Positions 9,361 through 20,841 of a stretch of DNA of 64,000 nucleotides are shown piece by piece (position 1 is the first letter of the stretch; every line of letters starts with the position of its first letter). A program made the position numbers and the translations under genes. The notes beneath the pieces were generated by a model that was not told the origin of the DNA, searched no databases, and saw nothing but the letters and a program-made list of their open reading frames with translations. This DNA is from an uncultured Acidobacteriota bacterium (GTDB lineage Bacteria > Acidobacteriota > Polarisedimenticolia > JACPZX01 > DASXTC01). Location of the stretch: NCBI GenBank assembly GCA_963806495.1, contig CAWDYA010000007.1:371945-435944 (forward strand), read 5' to 3'.

Positions 9361-11583
9361 ATGAACGAAGTCAAGGGGTTGTCGGATAGCATGGAGCGCG
9401 GCGAGCGCACGGTCGTCGGGCAGTTTCAGCGAGTCACTTCCGGGTTGGTGGTGGCCACCGCCTCGGGTCTGCTCCTCGGTCTGATGGAGACGGCCGGGAT
9501 CCTCTCGCAGCACGGCGCTCCATCGGGATCGTCGATCGACATCCTCGTGACCGCCACCTGGCTGGCGTTGCCGTATGCCGCGACGATCGCGATGGCCGCC
9601 CTGATGGTCGCTTTCGCGGTTCCGGCGCCCGGTCTGTCGCGGGGGCTGGCGGCCGGGATCGGGGGCGGGGTGGTCCTGCTGCTCTGGATCAGGACGCTGG
9701 CGAACCTGGGAGAGGGGAGCGCGGCGTATCCCGTCCTGGAGCTGCTCGTCGTCGGCGTGGCCTGCGCCGGTGGCATGGCGGCCGGGATGCTGGCGGCGAG
9801 ACCGGCCCCGGGGGGAGGCCGGACGCTGATGATCGGGGCCGGTATGGCGGGGCTGGCGGCCCTGGTGGCGTCGAGCCGGAACATCCCCGGTCCTTTCGGC
9901 CGACCCGGGCCGCCCGCAGGCTTCGGCGGCCGGCTGCTCTGGGCGGTGATCGTTGCGGCGGCTGTGGCAGCCGTGATCGTGATGGCACGCGCCCTCGCCT
10001 CACGCGGGGAGGGCGCCCGGTGGCTCGTGCGGGGCCTTGCGGCCGCGAGCGCGGTCGGGTGGGTCATCTACTGCGGATCAGGTTTCGTCCACATGCTGGG
10101 TTGGTCGGGGTCCGAGCCTCGTCTGCCGGAGGCCGGCGCCGTCGAGCCGGGACGGCCCAACGTCATCCTGATATCGATCGATACCCTGCGTGCCGACCAT
10201 CTGTCGTGCTACGGCTACGGGCGGCCGACCACGCCCGGCATCGACGGGTTCGCGGCGTCCGCCGTGCTGTACCGCAACGCCTCGTCCACCGCGAGCTTCA
10301 CCCTCCCCGCGCACGCGTCCATGATGACCGGACAGTTCCCCTCGAGCCACGGCGCGACGTATCAGAACCGAGATCCGGGAAGCTTCACGCTGCGGGGCAT
10401 CCGTCCCGGCTCGCCGATGCTGGCGGAGATCCTGCGCGAGCGCGGATACGACACGGCCGCCTTCGTCAGCGGGCCGCTGCTGAGCCGGCACTTCGGCTTC
10501 GACAGGGGGTTCCGCATCTACGATGATCGGTACGACCGACTCCAGAGCGCGCGCGAGCGACTGTTCGCGCGGTCCTTCCTGTTCCGGGTCCTCTACCGCC
10601 TCGGCGTGTTCTCGGACCGCGATCTCGACGCGCAGCGCACGGCGGGGGAGGTGAACCCGCTCATGGACGACTGGCTCGCAAAGCGCCGGGGATCCACGAG
10701 ACCGTTCTTCCTCTTCGTCCACTACTGGGATCCCCACGGGCCGTACGCCCCGCCGGCCCCGCTCGACGAGCGGCCGGACGGGACTCCTATCCGGGTCGAC
10801 TACGACATGGACCGGCTGCTGATCGGCGACTACACGTACACGCCGGAGGCGCTTGCGGATCTGATCACGCTCTACGACGGCGAGATCCAGTGGGTCGATC
10901 GGCATGTCGCCGCGCTGCTCGACCGGCTGCGCGCCAACAGGCTGCTCGACGGCGCCCTGGTGATCCTGACCGCAGACCATGGCGAGAGCTTCGGTGAGCA
11001 CGATCACTGGGAGCACAGCCGGGTGCTGTACGAGGATGTGCTGCACGTGCCGTTCATCATGAAGCTGCCCGGGGAACGTGACGGCGGCCGCGTGGTCGAG
11101 GACGTCGTCGCGCAGCCCACGGACATCCTTCCCACGGTGCTCGCCGAGGCGGGGATTCAGACGCCGCCAGAGGTCGAGGGGCGGAACCTGCTCGCCTTCC
11201 TCGAGCCGGACGGTGACGCAGGTGCGTCCGGGCAGGCCGAGTCGCACGTCCGGGGGCGCGGGCTGGCGTTTGCGGAGCTCGATCGCAACGTGGACTGGCC
11301 CGAGCGATGGGGCGCCCGGTTCGACCGGGACCTGGTCTCGGCGCGGACCCTCCGTTACAAGTACATCCACTCCTCCACCGGCGAGGAGGAGCTGTACGAT
11401 CTGCGGACGGATCCGGGCGAGCTGACCAATCTGGCGTCCGTGGATCCGTCGGCGGCGTCAGCGATGCGACAGCTCGTCGAGGCATGGCGCAAGGCACTCT
11501 CGATCGCGTCGCCGGATGAGCGACAGGAGCAGATCGATGAAGGGTTGCTGGAGAATCTCAGGAGCCTCGGCTATGTCCAGTGA
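9361..11583 (+). CDS. Membrane-anchored sulfatase-like hydrolase/transferase, Thr-nucleophile type (LtaS/EptA-like), paralog 2
   Basis: Real part of ORF 9250..11583, start 'MNEVKG'. Same architecture as paralog 1 ('PNVILISIDTLRADH', 'FTLPAHASMMTG') and identical C-terminal tail 'DEGLLENLRSLGYVQ'. Confidence 0.75.
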   Translation: MNEVKGLSDSMERGERTVVGQFQRVTSGLVVATASGLLLGLMETAGILSQHGAPSGSSIDILVTATWLALPYAATIAMAALMVAFAVPAPGLSRGLAAGIGGGVVLLLWIRTLANLGEGSAAYPVLELLVVGVACAGGMAAGMLAARPAPGGGRTLMIGAGMAGLAALVASSRNIPGPFGRPGPPAGFGGRLLWAVIVAAAVAAVIVMARALASRGEGARWLVRGLAAASAVGWVIYCGSGFVHMLGWSGSEPRLPEAGAVEPGRPNVILISIDTLRADHLSCYGYGRPTTPGIDGFAASAVLYRNASSTASFTLPAHASMMTGQFPSSHGATYQNRDPGSFTLRGIRPGSPMLAEILRERGYDTAAFVSGPLLSRHFGFDRGFRIYDDRYDRLQSARERLFARSFLFRVLYRLGVFSDRDLDAQRTAGEVNPLMDDWLAKRRGSTRPFFLFVHYWDPHGPYAPPAPLDERPDGTPIRVDYDMDRLLIGDYTYTPEALADLITLYDGEIQWVDRHVAALLDRLRANRLLDGALVILTADHGESFGEHDHWEHSRVLYEDVLHVPFIMKLPGERDGGRVVEDVVAQPTDILPTVLAEAGIQTPPEVEGRNLLAFLEPDGDAGASGQAESHVRGRGLAFAELDRNVDWPERWGARFDRDLVSARTLRYKYIHSSTGEEELYDLRTDPGELTNLASVDPSAASAMRQLVEAWRKALSIASPDERQEQIDEGLLENLRSLGYVQ

Positions 11584-11589
11584 GACGCC

Positions 11590-12754
11590 GTGGGCCATCT
11601 GAAGCGGTTCGCGCTCAACGTCGCGGTGCTGGGCGCCGCCAGCCTCGTGGCCCTGCTCTTCGCGGAAGGGGTGCTCCGGTTCGCCGCCCACAAGGTGCTG
11701 CACGGGGGGGAGTGGGCGACCGCGGGCCAGATCTTCCGCAAGATCGACCCACCGGTCGGTTTCAGTCTTCAGCCGGGCTCCACCCAGATCCTCGTGACCG
11801 GAGGCGCCTACACGTCGCGTGCCACCATCAACTCAGCCGGCATGCGGGATGTCGAGCATGCGCTCGAGCCGGCCCCCGGCGTCAAGCGGATCCTCGTGCT
11901 CGGCGACTCGTTCATGTTCGGGCAGGGTGTCGAGATGGAAGACACTCTGCCGCGCCGGCTGGCGGGGCTCCTGCCGGGGGTGGAGGTGATCAACACCGGG
12001 ACGCCCGGCTACGATCTGGGCCAGTACTACCTGCTGTACGAGGACAGGGCCTACCGGTACAAACCCGACCTGGTGCTCGTCGGCTTCTTCATCAACGATC
12101 TGGCTCGTGCGCGTGAGCTCGACGTGACGTACGGCGAGGACGGGTTGCCCGTCTCGTACCAGCGGAGCGAGGAGATGATAGCGAAGGATCTACGCCGGGG
12201 CCCCGCGCGGGCTCACCGGGGCGGTCTCGTCGTGGTTCAGGGATCATTCGCTGCTCTACGTCCTGGTGCGCAAGCGGCTGGACAATCTGATGGCGGGCCG
12301 GCGCCGCCCCGCAGCGGAATCAACGGACGATCGCGCGGCCGACACGCCGTATCTGTCGGTGTTTCGCAAGCCCGATGCGGACGGGGGAGGGGCCGCGGAC
12401 TGGGCCCGGGCCTGGCGGATCCTCGACGCGCTCAAGCGCAGCGTCGAGACACACGGGGCGCGTTTTGCCGTCATCATGGTCCCCGCTCCGTTTCAGACAT
12501 CGGACGCGGCGTTCGGTACGTGGGTCGAGTGGGCGGGTGCCGAAGGGGAGGACCTGTCACGCAGCGAGCCGCAGGAGATGATGAAGTCCTGGTGCGCGCG
12601 CTCCGGCACGCCCTGCCTGGATCTGCTTCCCGTCTTCGAGAAGGGGGATCGCGACACGCTCTACTTCCCGTACGACATGCACTGGACCGCCAGGGGGCAC
12701 GCAATGGCGGCACGCGCCGTTGCGTCCTTTCTCGAGGCGCGCGGTCTGCCGTGA
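11590..12754 (+). CDS. SGNH/GDSL-family hydrolase (frameshifted)
   Basis: N-terminal part in ORF 11590..12765 ('LGDSFMFGQGV' block I); C-terminal part in ORF 12266..12754 ('YDMHWTARGH' block V). The frames switch between about 12182 and 12240 in a GC-rich run. Confidence 0.65.
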
Positions 12755-14737
12755 TCAGAAGGTGATCGTGTATCGCGCGTGGTACGAGAAGTGCAGCCGG
12801 CTCTGCGGCACCGTGGCGGCCGGCGCGGGCGAGAGCATCCGGATGTCGAAGCTGCCGGGCGTGACCACGAACTCGCGTCGTTTCTTTCCCTCGACGTAGC
12901 AGAACTGCCCGTCGTCGAAGACCAGGCCGACCCCCTGATCGCCGGTGTTGTCGATGACGAGTCGCGGCAGTCCGAGTCCCGGGACGACGACGCGGGAGAT
13001 CTCCGGCAGGGGCGGCGGTGGCTCGGGCGCCCTGGCCTTCTTTTTCTTCTTTCCCTTGGCCGGTGGCGCGGGGGGAGCCGCGAGCGGATCGATCGGCTTG
13101 ATCACGCGATCCGTCAGGCGCAGGCGTCCGCCGTCGTCTACCATGAGCGAGACGATCCGGACGCCATCGGGGACCTGCTGGTGAAGGATCGCCTTGCCGG
13201 CCCGCCGCAGCATCGAGACGGCGTCGGCGAGATGATCCTGTCTGACGCCCAGGGCTGCGGCGAAACCGGGAGCGGCCGCCGGGTCGGTCAGGTAGGACAG
13301 CTCGGGCGCATCGACATAGCTTTCGAACGGGTGGTCCGTGGGCAGACCCTTCACGCTCGCCTGATCGAGCGGGTCCCCCTCGGCCGGGATGAACAGGCCG
13401 ATGACGAGCCGCGATTCCCCCGCGTTCTTGCGCAACGGGTAGACCTTTGTCGTCTCGGTCACCTGCGCGTCCTCGACCCGCATGAGCTGAAGCGTCTCCG
13501 AGTCGAACAGATACGGGGGCAGGCCGTCGAAGGCCATGCCGATGGCGGAGCGCGGCTGCTCACGCTCGACGGGATACGTATCGACGCGCCCGCTGACGCT
13601 CCCCGGCAGACAGCAGTGTGCAGGGTCGAACGTCAGGCTCGCGTTGTCCAGCACCGTGAGCGTGTCCGGCAAATCGTGCACCGTCCGCCAGGCCGGCAGG
13701 AGGGCGTCATCGAAGGCGTCCGCGTCCTTTTCGATGAGGACGTTGTAGGCGCCCGGATCGAGCTCCACTTCGAGGGGTGTCTGACCGATGTAGTAGTCGT
13801 ACTCGGTCGCCTCGCGAAGCTGGGTGGCCGCCGGTGAGACGTAGACCGAGCAGCCCTCGGGCACCGAGGTCACCCAGACCCGATCGCGCGCCGGGTCGGT
13901 CGGCCGCGCCGGCGGACCCTCCACCTGGGACAGAGGCACGGCGACGACGTCCTCCGCCACGAGCGGCGCGACGGGCGCCACCGATGCGGCCTGGTTCACG
14001 GCGCTGATCACCTCATCGGTGGCCCCCGCTTCGCGAAGCGCGAGCGCCTCCTCGAGTGTCAGCGGCGCTGCCATGCCGCGCGTGGCGACGGTCGTCGCCA
14101 CCTCGGACGGCTCCTCCCCGGACTCCAGCATCCCGATCACCTCGTCGGCGGTCATCGGCTCGTGCGGCGTGCCGGTGGCCCCGGGCGCCACGGTCGCGCC
14201 GCCACGTGCGAGTGCGAGCACGATTTCGTCGGGCAACCCCTTCTCTCTCTGGGCCAGGAGAGTGTCGATGTCGGGGACCTCGTCGAGCCCCTCGCCGGCC
14301 ACCCGTGCCACAATCTCTTCCACGGGGGTCCCCTTGCGGTGCATCCTCAGCACCTGCTTCACCGACAGTGCTCCGGTGGCGGTCTCCGACCCCGTCTCCG
14401 CCTCCGGTGGCGGCGCGGGCGGTGCGGCCGCGGGCTCCATCGTCCCGGCCATCCGCACGATGAGCTCGTTGGAGGCTCCCACCTTCTTCAGCCGGATCAG
14501 CTCGTCCACCGTCAGATCGAATGTGGCGCCAGTCCGCTTGATGCGGGAGATCAGCACGGACGAGGAGACCCCCTCGCGAAGCATCTGGATCACCTGGGGG
14601 AGCGTCAGGGAGATCTCTCCTTCGGGAGCGGCCTTGGGCAGGCCCTGCGGTCCCGCGACCAGGGCGCAGGGAGCCAGCAGGAGGATCGCCAGCATGGATG
14701 CGAAGAGAACCTGCGTGCGGGGAATCCGTGCCGCCAT
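12755..14737 (-). CDS. Secreted PEGA-domain protein with N-terminal tandem helical repeats
   Basis: Real part of ORF 12755..15646: signal-like 'MAARIPRTQVLFASMLAILLLAPCALVAG', three ~45-aa repeats of the 'LTVDELIRLKKVGASNELI' type, PEGA-like 'VWVTSVPEGCSVYVSP...GQTPLEV', poly-Lys 'KGKKKKKARAP'; GAGGAGG Shine-Dalgarno upstream. Confidence 0.6.
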   Translation of the reverse strand: MAARIPRTQVLFASMLAILLLAPCALVAGPQGLPKAAPEGEISLTLPQVIQMLREGVSSSVLISRIKRTGATFDLTVDELIRLKKVGASNELIVRMAGTMEPAAAPPAPPPEAETGSETATGALSVKQVLRMHRKGTPVEEIVARVAGEGLDEVPDIDTLLAQREKGLPDEIVLALARGGATVAPGATGTPHEPMTADEVIGMLESGEEPSEVATTVATRGMAAPLTLEEALALREAGATDEVISAVNQAASVAPVAPLVAEDVVAVPLSQVEGPPARPTDPARDRVWVTSVPEGCSVYVSPAATQLREATEYDYYIGQTPLEVELDPGAYNVLIEKDADAFDDALLPAWRTVHDLPDTLTVLDNASLTFDPAHCCLPGSVSGRVDTYPVEREQPRSAIGMAFDGLPPYLFDSETLQLMRVEDAQVTETTKVYPLRKNAGESRLVIGLFIPAEGDPLDQASVKGLPTDHPFESYVDAPELSYLTDPAAAPGFAAALGVRQDHLADAVSMLRRAGKAILHQQVPDGVRIVSLMVDDGGRLRLTDRVIKPIDPLAAPPAPPAKGKKKKKARAPEPPPPLPEISRVVVPGLGLPRLVIDNTGDQGVGLVFDDGQFCYVEGKKRREFVVTPGSFDIRMLSPAPAATVPQSRLHFSYHARYTITF

Positions 14738-14820
14738 CGAACGCCTCCTCGGTGTGTCCCCGTGAACGGCCGGATCGCCGCTGCGGGCCGGTGCATTATA
14801 AAGGATGCCGTGCCCGCCGG

Positions 14821-16074
14821 CTAATCGATCTCCATCAGCCGCTCGCTGGGGTCGGACCGGTGCATCTCGGGGATGACGGCCGCCGCGGCAGGCCGGGGCG
14901 CCGGGGCGGGCGGGGAAGGCCGATTCGTCACCGCCGGAGCAGCCGCCGTCTGCCGGGCCCCCGCCAGAAAACGGCGGACCTCGGGAGCGAGGTCGGGCGG
15001 CTCGGGCCCGTTGAGGGTGATCCAGAGCCGCAGCAATGGATCGGCGAACAGATAGCCGCGGCCCTCGCGCTGGATCAACCCCACCTCCAGCAGCCACGAG
15101 AGATAGTCGATCGCCGTGGGCAGCGAGATGCCGAGGTGACGCGCGACACGCGAGAGATTCGCCCCCTCTTCGGAGGCGAGGAGCTGCAGGATGCTGCGCA
15201 CCGCGGCATGGCCCCGGCTGCGTTCCACCAGATGGTGGTAGTCGAAGCGGCACTCCTGATGCAGCGCGCCGTACGGCGGGCTCAGCTCGGCGGCGAGCGC
15301 TCCGGGCAGATCGCTTCCAGTCGCGACACGCCGGGCCAGGATCTCGAGATATGCCGGATGGCCGTGGGTGGCCTTCAGCCAGAGGTCGATCCCGTCCCCC
15401 GTACCGGCCGGCGCGACGCCGAACCGATCGAGGAGGGCTGCGATCTCGAGCGCGTCGAGCGGCGGCAGCGCGACTCTCATCAGGCCCCGGCCCGCCTCGG
15501 CGGCCCGCGCGCCGATCTCGTCGATGAGGGGCGCCGGCCGCGAGGCGGGGCCCGCCGTGGCCACGATCGCCAGATGAGCGCTCCCGGCGAGCCGTCGCCC
15601 CAGGATCGAGGGCCACTGCTTCAGCCCGGCGTGACGTGACAGGCATCCTGCCTCGCCCAGGTCGTCGACGAGCAGGATGAGCCGCTCGCCGGCTTCGTCT
15701 GCCGCCGCACCGGGGTACGACATGGCGAGATCGAGCAGCAGGGATGGATTCGGCTTCCGGCGGGCCCGTTCCGTCTCGATGGCGTGGAGCAGGTCGCGGG
15801 CCGGTGGCTCGGAGGGCATGGACCCATCACCGGACGGCGCAAGCGCGCGCGCCACGATCGGGGGCAGATGACGGGCCACCGACACAGGTCCGGCGCACAG
15901 CCTGTCCATCTCGACGAGCGCGCAGCGCGAGCCCGCTGCGGCGAGACGCCGCTGCATCGCCCTCAGGAGGGTGCTCTTGCCCGCGCCGCGGGGCGCCTCC
16001 ACGACCTGCACCGGCGGTGTGTCGTCGAGCGCCGCGGCGAGAAGCTCCTCCTCGAGGAGCGTGCGCGTCGTCAC
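14821..16074 (-). CDS. AAA-type ATPase with C-terminal winged-HTH (archaeal-ATPase/DUF234-like)
   Basis: 417 aa; Walker A 'APRGAGKST', Walker B-like '[10 protein letters not shown]', C-terminal '[28 protein letters not shown]'. Start ATG overlaps the hutU stop (ATGA). Confidence 0.7.
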   Translation of the reverse strand: MTTRTLLEEELLAAALDDTPPVQVVEAPRGAGKSTLLRAMQRRLAAAGSRCALVEMDRLCAGPVSVARHLPPIVARALAPSGDGSMPSEPPARDLLHAIETERARRKPNPSLLLDLAMSYPGAAADEAGERLILLVDDLGEAGCLSRHAGLKQWPSILGRRLAGSAHLAIVATAGPASRPAPLIDEIGARAAEAGRGLMRVALPPLDALEIAALLDRFGVAPAGTGDGIDLWLKATHGHPAYLEILARRVATGSDLPGALAAELSPPYGALHQECRFDYHHLVERSRGHAAVRSILQLLASEEGANLSRVARHLGISLPTAIDYLSWLLEVGLIQREGRGYLFADPLLRLWITLNGPEPPDLAPEVRRFLAGARQTAAAPAVTNRPSPPAPAPRPAAAAVIPEMHRSDPSERLMEID

Positions 16075-17759
16075 GGACGGTCCCGCTCCGGTGGCGGCAT
16101 CATCGGTATCCTCACGCCGCGTTCACGAGCGGCCTGGATCGCCTCCGGGTAGCCGGCGTCGACGTGACGCATCACTCCGGTTCCCGGATCCGTTGTCAGC
16201 ACCCGCTGCAGCCGCGCCCGTGCGGTGTCGGTGCCGTCGGCGACGGTCACCATCCCGGCGTGGATCGACAGGCCGATGCCGACACCGCCACCGTGATGCA
16301 CGGAGACCCAGCTCGCACCGGCCGCGGTGTTCAGCAGCGCGTTGAGTATCGGCCAGTCGGCGACCGCGTCGGTGCCGTCCCGCATGCCTTCGGTCTCGCG
16401 GTTCGGGGAGGCGACGGAGCCGGAGTCGAGATGGTCCCGGCCGATCACGATGGGGGCCTTGATCTCGCCTTTCGCGACCAGGTCGTTGATGATCAGGCCG
16501 AACCGGGCGCGCTCACCGTATCCGAGCCAGCAGATCCGGGACGGGAGACCCTGGAAGGCGACACGCTCGCGCGCCAGACGGATCCACCGGCAGAGCTGCG
16601 CGTCCTGCGGGAACGCCTCGAGGATCGCGTCATCCGTGCGGTGGATGTCGCCGGGATCCCCGGAGAGAGCGGCCCAACGGAACGGTCCCTTCCCCTCGCA
16701 GAACAGGGGACGGATGTAGGCGGGCACGAACCCGGGAAAGTCGAACGCGTCCGCGACCCCCGCAGTCTTCGCCTGACCGCGCAGGTTGTTGCCGTAGTCG
16801 AACACCACGGAGCCGGCCTTCTGCATCGCCAGCATGGCGCGTACCTGCGAAGCCATCGCGCCCATCGCCCGCTCGATGTACTCTGGCGGATCGGAAGCCC
16901 TCAGTCGCAGCGCCTCCTCGTAGCTCATCCCGTTGGGGACGTAGCCGTTGAGATTGTCGTGCGCGCTGGTCTGGTCGGTGACCATGTCGGGAGCGATGCC
17001 CCTCCTGACGATCTCGGGGTAGACATCGGCGGCGTTTCCCAGCAGTCCAATCGAGATCGGCTCGCCGCGCTCCCGGTGCCGTGTGGCCGTCTCGAGCGCC
17101 TTGTCGAGATCCGTTTCCATCAGGTCGCAGTACCGGGTGGACAGACGCCGCTCGATACGATCCCGGTCGACCTCGACGGCCAGCACCACCGCCTCGTTCA
17201 TGGTCCCGGCGAGCGGCTGCGCGCCGCCCATGCCGCCGAGACCCGCGGTCAGCAGGAGCCTGCCCTTGAGCGACCCGCCGAAATGCCGGCGAGCAGCGGC
17301 GGCGAACGTCTCGTACGTCCCCTGCAGGATCCCCTGGGTGCCGATGTAGATCCAGGAGCCGGCCGTCATCTGGCCGTACATCATGAGCCCTTCGCGCTCC
17401 AGATCGCGGAAGTGCTCCCAGGTGGCCCAGGCCGGCACCAGCATGGCGTTGGAGATGAGGACGCGGGGAGCGCCCGGGTGCGTCGTGAAGATCCCCACGG
17501 GCTTTCCCGACTGCACGAGCAGCGTCTCGTCGTTTCCCAGCTCCTTGAGCGAACGGACGATCGCATCGAAGCACTCCCAGTTGCGCGCCGCCTTGCCGGA
17601 GCCTCCATAGACGATCAGCTCGTCCGGCTTCTCGGCCACCTCCGGGTCGAGATTGTTCATCAGCATGCGCATCGCGGCTTCCTGCTCCCACCCTTTGCAC
17701 GCGAGCGTCGTACCGCGCGGCGCGCGAATCGTCCTTTTCATGGTCGTCTTCTCCATCAT
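16071..17759 (-). CDS. hutU: Urocanate hydratase
   Basis: 562 aa, full-length urocanase-like sequence ('[10 protein letters not shown]', '[16 protein letters not shown]'). Confidence 0.9.
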   Translation of the reverse strand: MMEKTTMKRTIRAPRGTTLACKGWEQEAAMRMLMNNLDPEVAEKPDELIVYGGSGKAARNWECFDAIVRSLKELGNDETLLVQSGKPVGIFTTHPGAPRVLISNAMLVPAWATWEHFRDLEREGLMMYGQMTAGSWIYIGTQGILQGTYETFAAAARRHFGGSLKGRLLLTAGLGGMGGAQPLAGTMNEAVVLAVEVDRDRIERRLSTRYCDLMETDLDKALETATRHRERGEPISIGLLGNAADVYPEIVRRGIAPDMVTDQTSAHDNLNGYVPNGMSYEEALRLRASDPPEYIERAMGAMASQVRAMLAMQKAGSVVFDYGNNLRGQAKTAGVADAFDFPGFVPAYIRPLFCEGKGPFRWAALSGDPGDIHRTDDAILEAFPQDAQLCRWIRLARERVAFQGLPSRICWLGYGERARFGLIINDLVAKGEIKAPIVIGRDHLDSGSVASPNRETEGMRDGTDAVADWPILNALLNTAAGASWVSVHHGGGVGIGLSIHAGMVTVADGTDTARARLQRVLTTDPGTGVMRHVDAGYPEAIQAARERGVRIPMMPPPERDRP

Positions 17760-19285
17760 CCCAGCGGTCCTGTGATCGATTCCGCGGCGCGGCGCAGCGT
17801 CCCGTCGCGCAGCATCGAGCCTATCGCCGCGATGTCGGTCGAGAGCACGCGGTCACGCTGAAGCGCCGGGACGCGCTGCCGCAACGCGGCGTGAACCGCC
17901 TCGAGAGCCGGCGAGCTCCTCAGGGGCCGGCGCAGCTCGATCGCCTGTGCGGCGACCATCATCTCGATCGCCAGGATCGACTCGTGGTGCTCGACGATGG
18001 TGGCGGCCGAATGGGCCGCGGCTACGCCCATCGAAACGTGGTCCTCCTTGCCCGCCCCCGTGGGGATGGAATCGACGCTGGAGGGGTGGGCGAGCTTCTT
18101 GTTCTCGGAAACGAGTGCCGCCGCGGTCACCTGCGCCATCATGAAGCCCGACTCGAGACCGGGGCTCGGCGCGAGAAACGCGGGCAGGCCGCTCAGGGCG
18201 GGGTTGACCATCCGCTCGGTGCGCCGCTCCGAGATCGAGCCGGCATCGGCGACGGCGATGCCGAGCAGGTCCATCGCCTGCGAGACCGGCTGTCCGTGGA
18301 AGTTTCCTCCCGGCAGCGCCTCGGCCCCTTCGGCGAAGAAGAGCGGGTTGTCGGTGACGGCGTTGATCTCGATCCCGAGAACACGGCGGACGTAGGAAAG
18401 CGCGTCACGCGCGGCGCCATGCACCTGCGGCATGCATCGCAGCGAGTAGGCGTCCTGCACCCGCCCGCATGTCCGGTGCGAGTCCATGATCCCGCTCCCC
18501 TCGAGCAGGAGCCTGATGTTGGACGCCACGATTGCATGGCCGGGATGGGGCCGCAGCGCGGCGATCCGCTCGTCGAACGGCCGAGCGCTGCCGAGCAGCC
18601 CTTCGAGCGTCATGGCTCCCGCGATGTCGGCGCCGATCATGAGCAGCCCGGCGGCGTCCAGCGCCCTGGCGCCGATCGCGGTCATCGCCTGCGTCCCGTT
18701 GACGAGAGCGAGGCCTTCCCGGCTCGCGAGCCGGACCGGCTTCAGGCCGGCGCCCGCCAGCGCATCGGCCGCGGCGGTTCGTCGGCCCCGATGTATCGCT
18801 TCGCCGTCGCCCATCAGGCCGAGTGCGAGATGTGCCAGCGGCGCGAGGTCGCCGCTCGCGCCCACCGAGCCCCGGGAGGGGATGACCGGCATGACATCCG
18901 CGTTGAACATCGCCAGCAGCGATTCGAGCAGATCCACCCGCACCGCCGAATGTCCACGCGCGAGAACGTTGGCCCGCAGAAGCATCATCACGCGTACGGT
19001 TTCCACCGGGAGCGGCTCGCCCACGCCGGCGCAGTGGCTCCGTATCAGATTCTCCTGGAGCCGGTCCACGTCGGCGTCGTCGATCCTCACCTCGCTCAGC
19101 AGACCGAAGCCGGTGTTGAACCCGTAGACGGCGCTTCCGCTGCGTGTCAGCGATTCGAGCGCCTCCCGGCATGCCGTCACGCGCTCGCGCGCCGCGGGGG
19201 CGAGCCGGAGGCGCAGGGACCCGCACGCGGCGTCCGCGAGGTCTTCGAACGTGAGATGCTCACCGTCGAGATCGATGGTTCTCAT
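17756..19285 (-). CDS. hutH: Histidine ammonia-lyase
   Basis: ORF 17756..19336 with start chosen at 'MRTIDLDG'; MIO-forming '[12 protein letters not shown]' motif; stop overlaps hutU start. Confidence 0.9.
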   Translation of the reverse strand: MRTIDLDGEHLTFEDLADAACGSLRLRLAPAARERVTACREALESLTRSGSAVYGFNTGFGLLSEVRIDDADVDRLQENLIRSHCAGVGEPLPVETVRVMMLLRANVLARGHSAVRVDLLESLLAMFNADVMPVIPSRGSVGASGDLAPLAHLALGLMGDGEAIHRGRRTAAADALAGAGLKPVRLASREGLALVNGTQAMTAIGARALDAAGLLMIGADIAGAMTLEGLLGSARPFDERIAALRPHPGHAIVASNIRLLLEGSGIMDSHRTCGRVQDAYSLRCMPQVHGAARDALSYVRRVLGIEINAVTDNPLFFAEGAEALPGGNFHGQPVSQAMDLLGIAVADAGSISERRTERMVNPALSGLPAFLAPSPGLESGFMMAQVTAAALVSENKKLAHPSSVDSIPTGAGKEDHVSMGVAAAHSAATIVEHHESILAIEMMVAAQAIELRRPLRSSPALEAVHAALRQRVPALQRDRVLSTDIAAIGSMLRDGTLRRAAESITGPLG

Positions 19286-19528
19286 GTGGCAGGGCAGGGC
19301 TCCCGGGGAAACGATACGCGCGGGATGCGCGCGCACGCGAGAATGCTAACACAGCGCCACGACGCCGCCCAACGGATAGTGCGGCAAACCCTGTGATATA
19401 CTCGACGCCGTTCTGGAGGCCCGATGCCGAGCCCCCGGACCGCAGTCCCACCGGTCCGCGGCCCGCCGTCGCTTGTCATCAACCGGTCGAACCGGACCAC
19501 CTCGACATCACGGGAGCAGGCTGATCTC

Positions 19529-20827
19529 ATGGCGAATATCGTCCTGATCGGCGGGCAGTGGGGCGACGAAGGGAAGGGGAAGGTCGTCGACCTGCTCACG
19601 CCGCACTTCGACATCGTGGCCCGATACTCCGGCGGGCCGAACGCCGGGCACACCGTGAGACGGGGGGAGACGAAGTACGCGCTGCGTCACATTCCGTCGG
19701 GGATCCTGGCGCCGCACGTCACCTGCGTCATCGGCAACGGGGTGGTGATCGACCCCGCGTCGCTGCTCGAGGAGATCGACAAGCTGCGCGAATCGGGCGT
19801 GCGGGCCGACGGCCGTCTTTTCATCAGCAACCGGGCGCACGTCATCCTGCCGGGCTACGTGGAGTGGGAGAAGCGCCGCGAGGACGGCGTGACCGATCAG
19901 AAGATCGGGACGACCCGCCGCGGTGTCGGGCCGGCCTACACCGCCAAGATCGCTCGCACCGGCCTGCGGATCGCCGACCTGTTCGACCGGGCCGCGCTTC
20001 CGGCGAAGCTGGCCGCCGCCATGGCGTTCTTCGGCGAGTCGTCCGCGGTTCCTCCCGGGGACGACACGATCGAGCTGTGCGCGCGCCATGCCGACGCTCT
20101 CGCCCCGTATGTGACCGACACGGGAAGCATGATCGACCGGATGATCAAGGCGGGCTCGCGGGTCCTGTTCGAAGGGGCGCAGGGGACGATGCTGGACATC
20201 GATCACGGCACGTATCCGTTCGTCACTTCCTCCAACTCGACCGCGGGGGGCGCGTGCACCGGCATTGGCATTGGCCCGACCGCCATCGACGGGGTGCTGG
20301 GGATCTTCAAGGCCTACGGCACGCGGGTGGGCGAAGGGCCGTTTCCCACCGAGGAGCTCGGCCCGATGGGCGACAGGATCCGGGAGCGCGGACGCGAGTA
20401 TGGCACCGTGACGGGACGTCCGCGGCGTTGCGGCTGGTTCGACGCCGTGGCCGCGCGGTACGCCGTTCGGGTGAGCGGCATGGACAGCGCGGCGCTGACG
20501 CTGCTCGACGTGCTGGATGCGTTCGACGAGATCCGGGTCTGCACCGGGTACCGCCACAAGGGGTCCGTGCTGAAGGAGATCCCGGCGGAGTGGCCGATCC
20601 TGCAGTCGTGCGAGCCGGACTACGTCACGCTGAAGGGATGGAAGCAGGAGACCACCGGCTGCCGGTCGTGGGACGACCTGCCGGCCGCGGCGCAGGACTA
20701 TGTGAGGACGCTGGAGGATCTGCTCGAGACCGATATCGACCTGGTATCGGTCGGGGCGACACCGGAGTGCAGCGTGCTGCGCGATGTCTCGAAGCTGTCC
20801 GCCTGGCTCTCCGCTCAGGAGGCCTGA
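19529..20827 (+). CDS. purA: Adenylosuccinate synthetase
   Basis: ORF 19424..20827 with start chosen at 'MANIVLIGGQWGDEGKGK' (P-loop at N-terminus), typical PurA length. Confidence 0.9.
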   Translation: MANIVLIGGQWGDEGKGKVVDLLTPHFDIVARYSGGPNAGHTVRRGETKYALRHIPSGILAPHVTCVIGNGVVIDPASLLEEIDKLRESGVRADGRLFISNRAHVILPGYVEWEKRREDGVTDQKIGTTRRGVGPAYTAKIARTGLRIADLFDRAALPAKLAAAMAFFGESSAVPPGDDTIELCARHADALAPYVTDTGSMIDRMIKAGSRVLFEGAQGTMLDIDHGTYPFVTSSNSTAGGACTGIGIGPTAIDGVLGIFKAYGTRVGEGPFPTEELGPMGDRIRERGREYGTVTGRPRRCGWFDAVAARYAVRVSGMDSAALTLLDVLDAFDEIRVCTGYRHKGSVLKEIPAEWPILQSCEPDYVTLKGWKQETTGCRSWDDLPAAAQDYVRTLEDLLETDIDLVSVGATPECSVLRDVSKLSAWLSAQEA

Positions 20828-20841
20828 CCGGGGGCGCCGCC

